Assembly: GCF_022045235.1 (NCBI RefSeq)
Contig: NW_027266264.1
Span: 19,716,001-19,780,000, forward strand
Reading direction: 5' to 3'
Length of the DNA stretch: 64,000 nt
DNA from: Haliotis cracherodii
Lineage: Eukaryota
Notes under the pieces: generated by a model
What the model was told of the DNA's origin: nothing
The model's input: the letters and a program-made list of their open reading frames with translations, nothing else
The model's database searches: none
Shown: piece after piece, positions 59,326-64,000 of the stretch
Numbering within the stretch: position 1 is the first letter of the stretch
Layout: each line of letters begins with the position of its first letter
Position numbers and translations under genes: made by a program

Positions 59326-59852
59326 GACCCGTGAAGATCCGGGCTACAATACGTCTTCAGCAACCCATGCTTGACGTAAAAGGCGACTATGCTTGTCGTA
59401 AGAGATGACTAACAGGTTCGGATGGTCAGGCTCTCTGTTTGTTTGTTGTTTAACGCTGCACTCAGCAATATTCCAGCTAAATGACGGCGGTCTGTAAATA
59501 ATCGAGTCTGGACCAGACAATCCAGTGATTGACATCACGAGCATCGATCCACGCATTTGGGATCGATGACATGTATCAACCAAGTCAGCGAGCCTGACCA
59601 CCCGATCCCGTTAATCGCCTTTTACAACAAGCATAGTCGCCTTTTACGGCAAGTATGGGTTGCTGAAGACCTATTCTACCCCGGAATCTTCACGGGTCTC
59701 AGGCTCCCTGACTTGGTTGATGCATGTCATTGTATCCCAATTGCGTGGATCGATGCTCATGATGTCAGTCACTAGATTGTGTGGCCCAGACTGCCGTCAT
59801 ATAGCTGGAATATTGCTGAGTGCGGCGTCAAACAACAAACAAACAAACAAAC
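59326..59852 (+). mobile_element. Family A copy containing a second family A copy in opposite orientation (about 59435-59698)
   Basis: Outer TSD tgtcacag, inner TSD tcaggctc. Confidence 0.88.
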
Positions 59853-61002
59853 CTGTCACAGTACTTGAGGCATGATAGATTTGTGCCATTTCAGCACTGA
59901 ACCCTCTATGTTCATGTGTCCCAGCTACAAGAGTTTGTGCATAACGCGCATGGTTGCATCTGAGATTGTTAACTTGCATTGCGAATGTGGCCTGGTTAAC
60001 AAGAGGTCAACCAGTTTGTGCTCAACTTAGTGCCTTCTGGTTAATTTAGGTTCATTCTGATGAGGTAACACTAGGTAAGACCCAGTAGATATCAGGCCGG
60101 GTTATTGCACACTCTGTAAACATTCCTTTCTGAAAACTGATACAGAATTCATGCATGAATTGATACATTGGTATTATTCAGTGATGTCTCAGTGTTATCA
60201 TGACAGCCTTACTTGGCTGAATAAAATGATACTCACCAAAACATTTGTGAAAATTTGACCACTAACCTGCACCACCAATCAATAGAATGAAAATCATGAA
60301 AATCAAGAAATCCAAGCATTGTAGGTGATTTATTCTCAGAAGGTCTACTCTACACCTAAGTACACAATTATTCTCAAACATACACAGAACAATAACACAT
60401 CATTCAGGTTACCTGTACATTCAGGGTTTGAAAGAAAGGGCAAAGCTCTGCGATCACACCTTATGCCGTTCATGTTTGGGTGGTGTTATCACCAACCATT
60501 ATGAAGCAGGACATCTGTCAATCTTCTTGTGCCATGATCTTAAGTAGTACTTCCACCTATCATCTCATGAACACCTCGGGTCTTGACATTTCTCGGATTG
60601 GTTTCAGGCTGGAGAAAATAGTCATCCACAGAATAATAATAGAGCTGAGATCTTGGAGATGTGACACAGAATTTAAACTCAATATTGTCCACTGAATGCA
60701 TACAAGGAACCTTGGTCACTGTCAGTGAGCCACAAGCTGCTGCTGCTGCTGGACATGGACTGAATGCTGTAGCAGAATCCCATAACACGGCACTACTAGG
60801 GTTCTCTATAATGAGCAAAAAGGACATGTAGTCATCTCCATCGGTCATGATCCAGATGCCATGGTTACTGGATACCTCCAACAAGCTGGAATCTGAATGT
60901 AGGAGGTATTACAAATCTGTTGGCTGACCATGGCCTTGCTAGTTCCTTCAGCTCCTGTCCCAGAACGTACCAAGAATGTCTCTGTTCTGACTGATTGGAC
61001 CA

Positions 61003-63266
61003 TCATGTATCCACTTCACTATCTCCATTCTTCATCATTTGGAAATACTCTTTTGCCTTTATCTTCCGTGGGATGATGTCTGTATACAAACAAGTTAGAG
61101 GTTTAGGCTGATATACACCTGTATAAACTGTTCTGAGATCGTAAATGATTACTGTAGTATATACATGATATATGACTATTGCTGCCCTGAAACATACAGA
61201 GGTACATGAAGAGACCTTTGTGTTACATTGACAGTCTGCAGCCATGCAGCTAGTCACAAGTCTGGATCTAGTAAAATGTCTTTTGGTTAAGCCTAGCTTG
61301 TTAAAAGTCCAGAAAAATCTGAGATTTACATGTAATAATTTACAAATAAATCATCATGAGTCAAATATGTGAGGTGATCTGCTGTTTTAAACTGTATTTC
61401 AGGCATATCATAGCACAACCAGTCACCATCAGACCATGCCAGTGTAAATCAAATCTGGGATTCCTACCCTAAACAGTCACCATGACTATGGTTTCCACAG
61501 ACCTAGAAATCATTGCTGGGCAAATCATTATGTGGGATTGTGTTCTACCTTGTAAGAACTGCAATGTTTCTTCAGTGTTGACAATTTCTGCTAAGTCTTT
61601 GTAATCAACTAAGCTCTGATCCTTGCTCTGTTCCAAGGAGAATCTTGCCAGGGCCTGGATGAACAGTTCCTGTAACCATAGAAACATTATAAAGGTTGAT
61701 TCATCTCTGTTACCTGAATGCCACAACAAAATAGAGTTCCACTACATACTAAAACAAACAATATACCCCAATATACCAGAGGTAAAACAGTGTTACATGT
61801 CACTGGCAGGTTATCCAAACCATGCTGTCTCAATGTTAACAATACAAATTTTGCTAAGTTCTTTTTGGCATGTTTATATACCCTACACTATGTAAACCAA
61901 TTTGCACTTTACAGAACATTAAGAAAATTAAAATAGGGACCTGCAAACATTATAAACCAGTGTACATCTTCAGAGTACAAACTATGCATTCATCTTATCA
62001 GTCTGGGACAATAGCCAAAAGCCCGAGTCTAGTAAAAGTCTGGTTAGTCTAGTAAGCTCAACTAGTAACTGTCCACATAATTACAGGTGGATAGTACAAC
62101 CATGGTGATTGAATTAATTAGTATCACACATCTGAGTACTGAAGAATATTACTGTCTTGACTCATTGAGTGATTTTAATACTTTACTTCTGTAAATTAGA
62201 ACTAAACATGCTAAACTGCACATCTAAAAAGGTTAATTAGATAGTGACCAAAGGAAAAGGAACATTGACTGAATTCAACAAGAAATGTGGCCCCTTAATC
62301 AAATTTCTAGCTTTATCTTATTGATCCCAGCAGCCAGTACGTAATGGGAGTGTGGCCAGTCAAACCAGTGTTAATAATGTTGATACTATGAGCAACATTC
62401 TATGACCTCGGGAACATGGACACACAATCGTCCAGACCTCAGGGAAAGTTTTCTTTGTTTGTTTGTTTAAAACAACACTCAACAATATTCCAGTTATATC
62501 ACGGTCTGTAACTAATTGAGTCTGGACCAGACAATCCAGTGATTGATGTCATGAGCATTGATCCATGTAATTGGGATACAATGACATGCATCAACCAACT
62601 CAGCGAGCTTGACCACCTGATCCTGTTAGTCACCTCTTATGACTAGCGTAGTTGCCTCTTATGGCAAGCATGCGTTGCTGAAGTCCTATTCTAACACGAA
62701 TCTTCACGGGGGGTAGGGAACGTGATAGACACACAATCAGCTAGATCGTGGAGAATGTGGACACACAATCAGCCATGTAAACAAAACTGACCACCCGTTC
62801 CATTCAGTTGCCACGTAAGACAAGCAGAGATTGTAGGGGACACTTCTAATCCGGGTTCCTAGAGTGGAGCCTTGCAAGATAAGAGAGCAGTGGTCCATAA
62901 CGATTACTTAGTACAACAGATGCCTTATACCAGTGCTATGTAGTGTGCAGCACTGCATTAAAGCGTAAACGTTCCCCTGTGTCTGCTTACAGATCATTAA
63001 GCAGTGAAATGGGGGCAGTCACAGATAACTGCACCTGCACAGGTTCTCGGTGTGTTTTTTACGATTATTTGGAGGCCATGCTCTGGGAAAATCTTTCAGG
63101 AACAAGTTTGTTTGTTTATTACCAATCAAATAACCATACACACCGTTGCCTTGCCCGTAATGAAAAGTGCCTCTTGACTTATACTTGAGACATCTGGTGA
63201 ACTTTTCATGATTGTTTTAACCCGCGAAAGGGGAAGTATGCTTGTAGATTTGTCTTTGTCCGCCAT
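61003..63266 (-). CDS. CHRAC1: Chromatin accessibility complex protein 1 (histone fold), 106 aa, 3 coding exons
   Basis: Exons 63266-63144, 61669-61549 and 61079-61003 (GT-AG, 321 nt). LPLSRVKTIMKSSPDVSSISQEALFITGKATELFIQ...YKDLAEIVNTEETLQFLQDIIPRKIKAKEY. AATAAA (minus strand) at 60329-60334. Confidence 0.92.
62455..62710 (-). mobile_element. Family A retroposon copy (CHRAC1 intron 1)
   Basis: Matches consensus. Confidence 0.82.
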
Positions 63267-63850
63267 ATTTACAGGAAATGTATTTCTTGTAGTACCGCAG
63301 CAAATATAATAAATCAAAACATAATTTGTGACTTTTATGTAAGTCTTCTTAGAATTTAAGGATTAGGCTAAAGAATTTATATAGTCAATATATTTGTTAC
63401 ATTAAATATGTGTTATTCACCCCGAGTCTGTTTGCACGTGTAAGTAACTTCCTTTTCAATTTTCCCCACGGAAGCACTTGTCGGCTCAGGAGAACTTCTA
63501 AGGTATTCGACCTCAAATCGCCTCAAAGAATAAAGCTTTTGGACAATTTAATTGTTTCAAGTATTTGATGGATACACGCACTGTTTAGTTTTGGAGAAAA
63601 CCAACTCAGAATTGATAAATCAACACAAATATGAAAAAAGAAGTACGATAGCCGTACCGGCTTGTCGAACAGTAACATCGGCAATCAAAACTCTAGCCTA
63701 AGTAACTTGTTGATAGCTAAACGCTACCGTGATGGCAGATTCTCATAGATTTCCGAGAGGTTCTATCCGCCTTATCACTCGCATCTTTACCTATTATGAA
63801 ACGTGGGACTGAAACTCCCAAGTTCCGAATCCTAATGGCAGGAACTTGTG

Positions 63851-64000
63851 AATCTGTACATGAACGTAGGCGACTTCATATTTTCATAAACAATCATGTT
63901 ATTGTCCTAATACTGGTTACTATCATGATATCAATCTGTACATGAACGTAGGCGACTTCATATTTTCATAAACAATCATGTTATTGTCCTAGTACTGGTT
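63851..64000. repeat. About 82-bp tandem repeat running off the window edge
   Basis: aatctgtacatgaacgtaggcgacttcatattttcataaacaatcatgttattgtccta occurs twice. Confidence 0.85.

Noticed and set aside
60540-60884. 114-aa minus-strand ORF
   Set aside because: It lies in the probable CHRAC1 3' UTR, has a non-ATG start and shows no domain signal.

Overview
Eukaryotic, AT-rich, repeat-dense animal DNA with GT-AG spliced genes. The SINE repertoire suggests a mollusc or other lophotrochozoan (inference). Protein-coding content: (1) RPLP0 (60S acidic ribosomal protein P0) on the minus strand, 8 coding exons plus a 5'TOP leader exon, with intronic box C/D snoRNAs (two U22/SNORD22-like, two SNORD59/snR54-like); (2) CHRAC1 on the minus strand, 3 coding exons; (3) a 5-exon plus-strand gene for a 275-aa, probably N-myristoylated protein whose termini resemble vertebrate cystin-1; (4) a single-exon 330-aa SAM-methyltransferase-fold ORF; (5) a possible intronless orphan ORF behind a TATA box. 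Mobile DNA: a near-intact DD34E Tc1 element with one nonsense codon inserted into a DIRS/Ngaro RT relic, its matching MITEs, several other MITE families (3-, 5- and 9/10-bp TSDs), three tRNA-derived SINE families, and about 20 copies of a non-tRNA retroposon (family A) with a precise, structured, possibly pseudoknotted 5' head. There are also several minisatellites (24, 27, 34, 60 bp units). Best leads: the family A head as a candidate new structured or self-cleaving RNA, invertebrate U22 homologues, and the cystin-like gene. All homology calls come from motif recognition by eye, not database searches.
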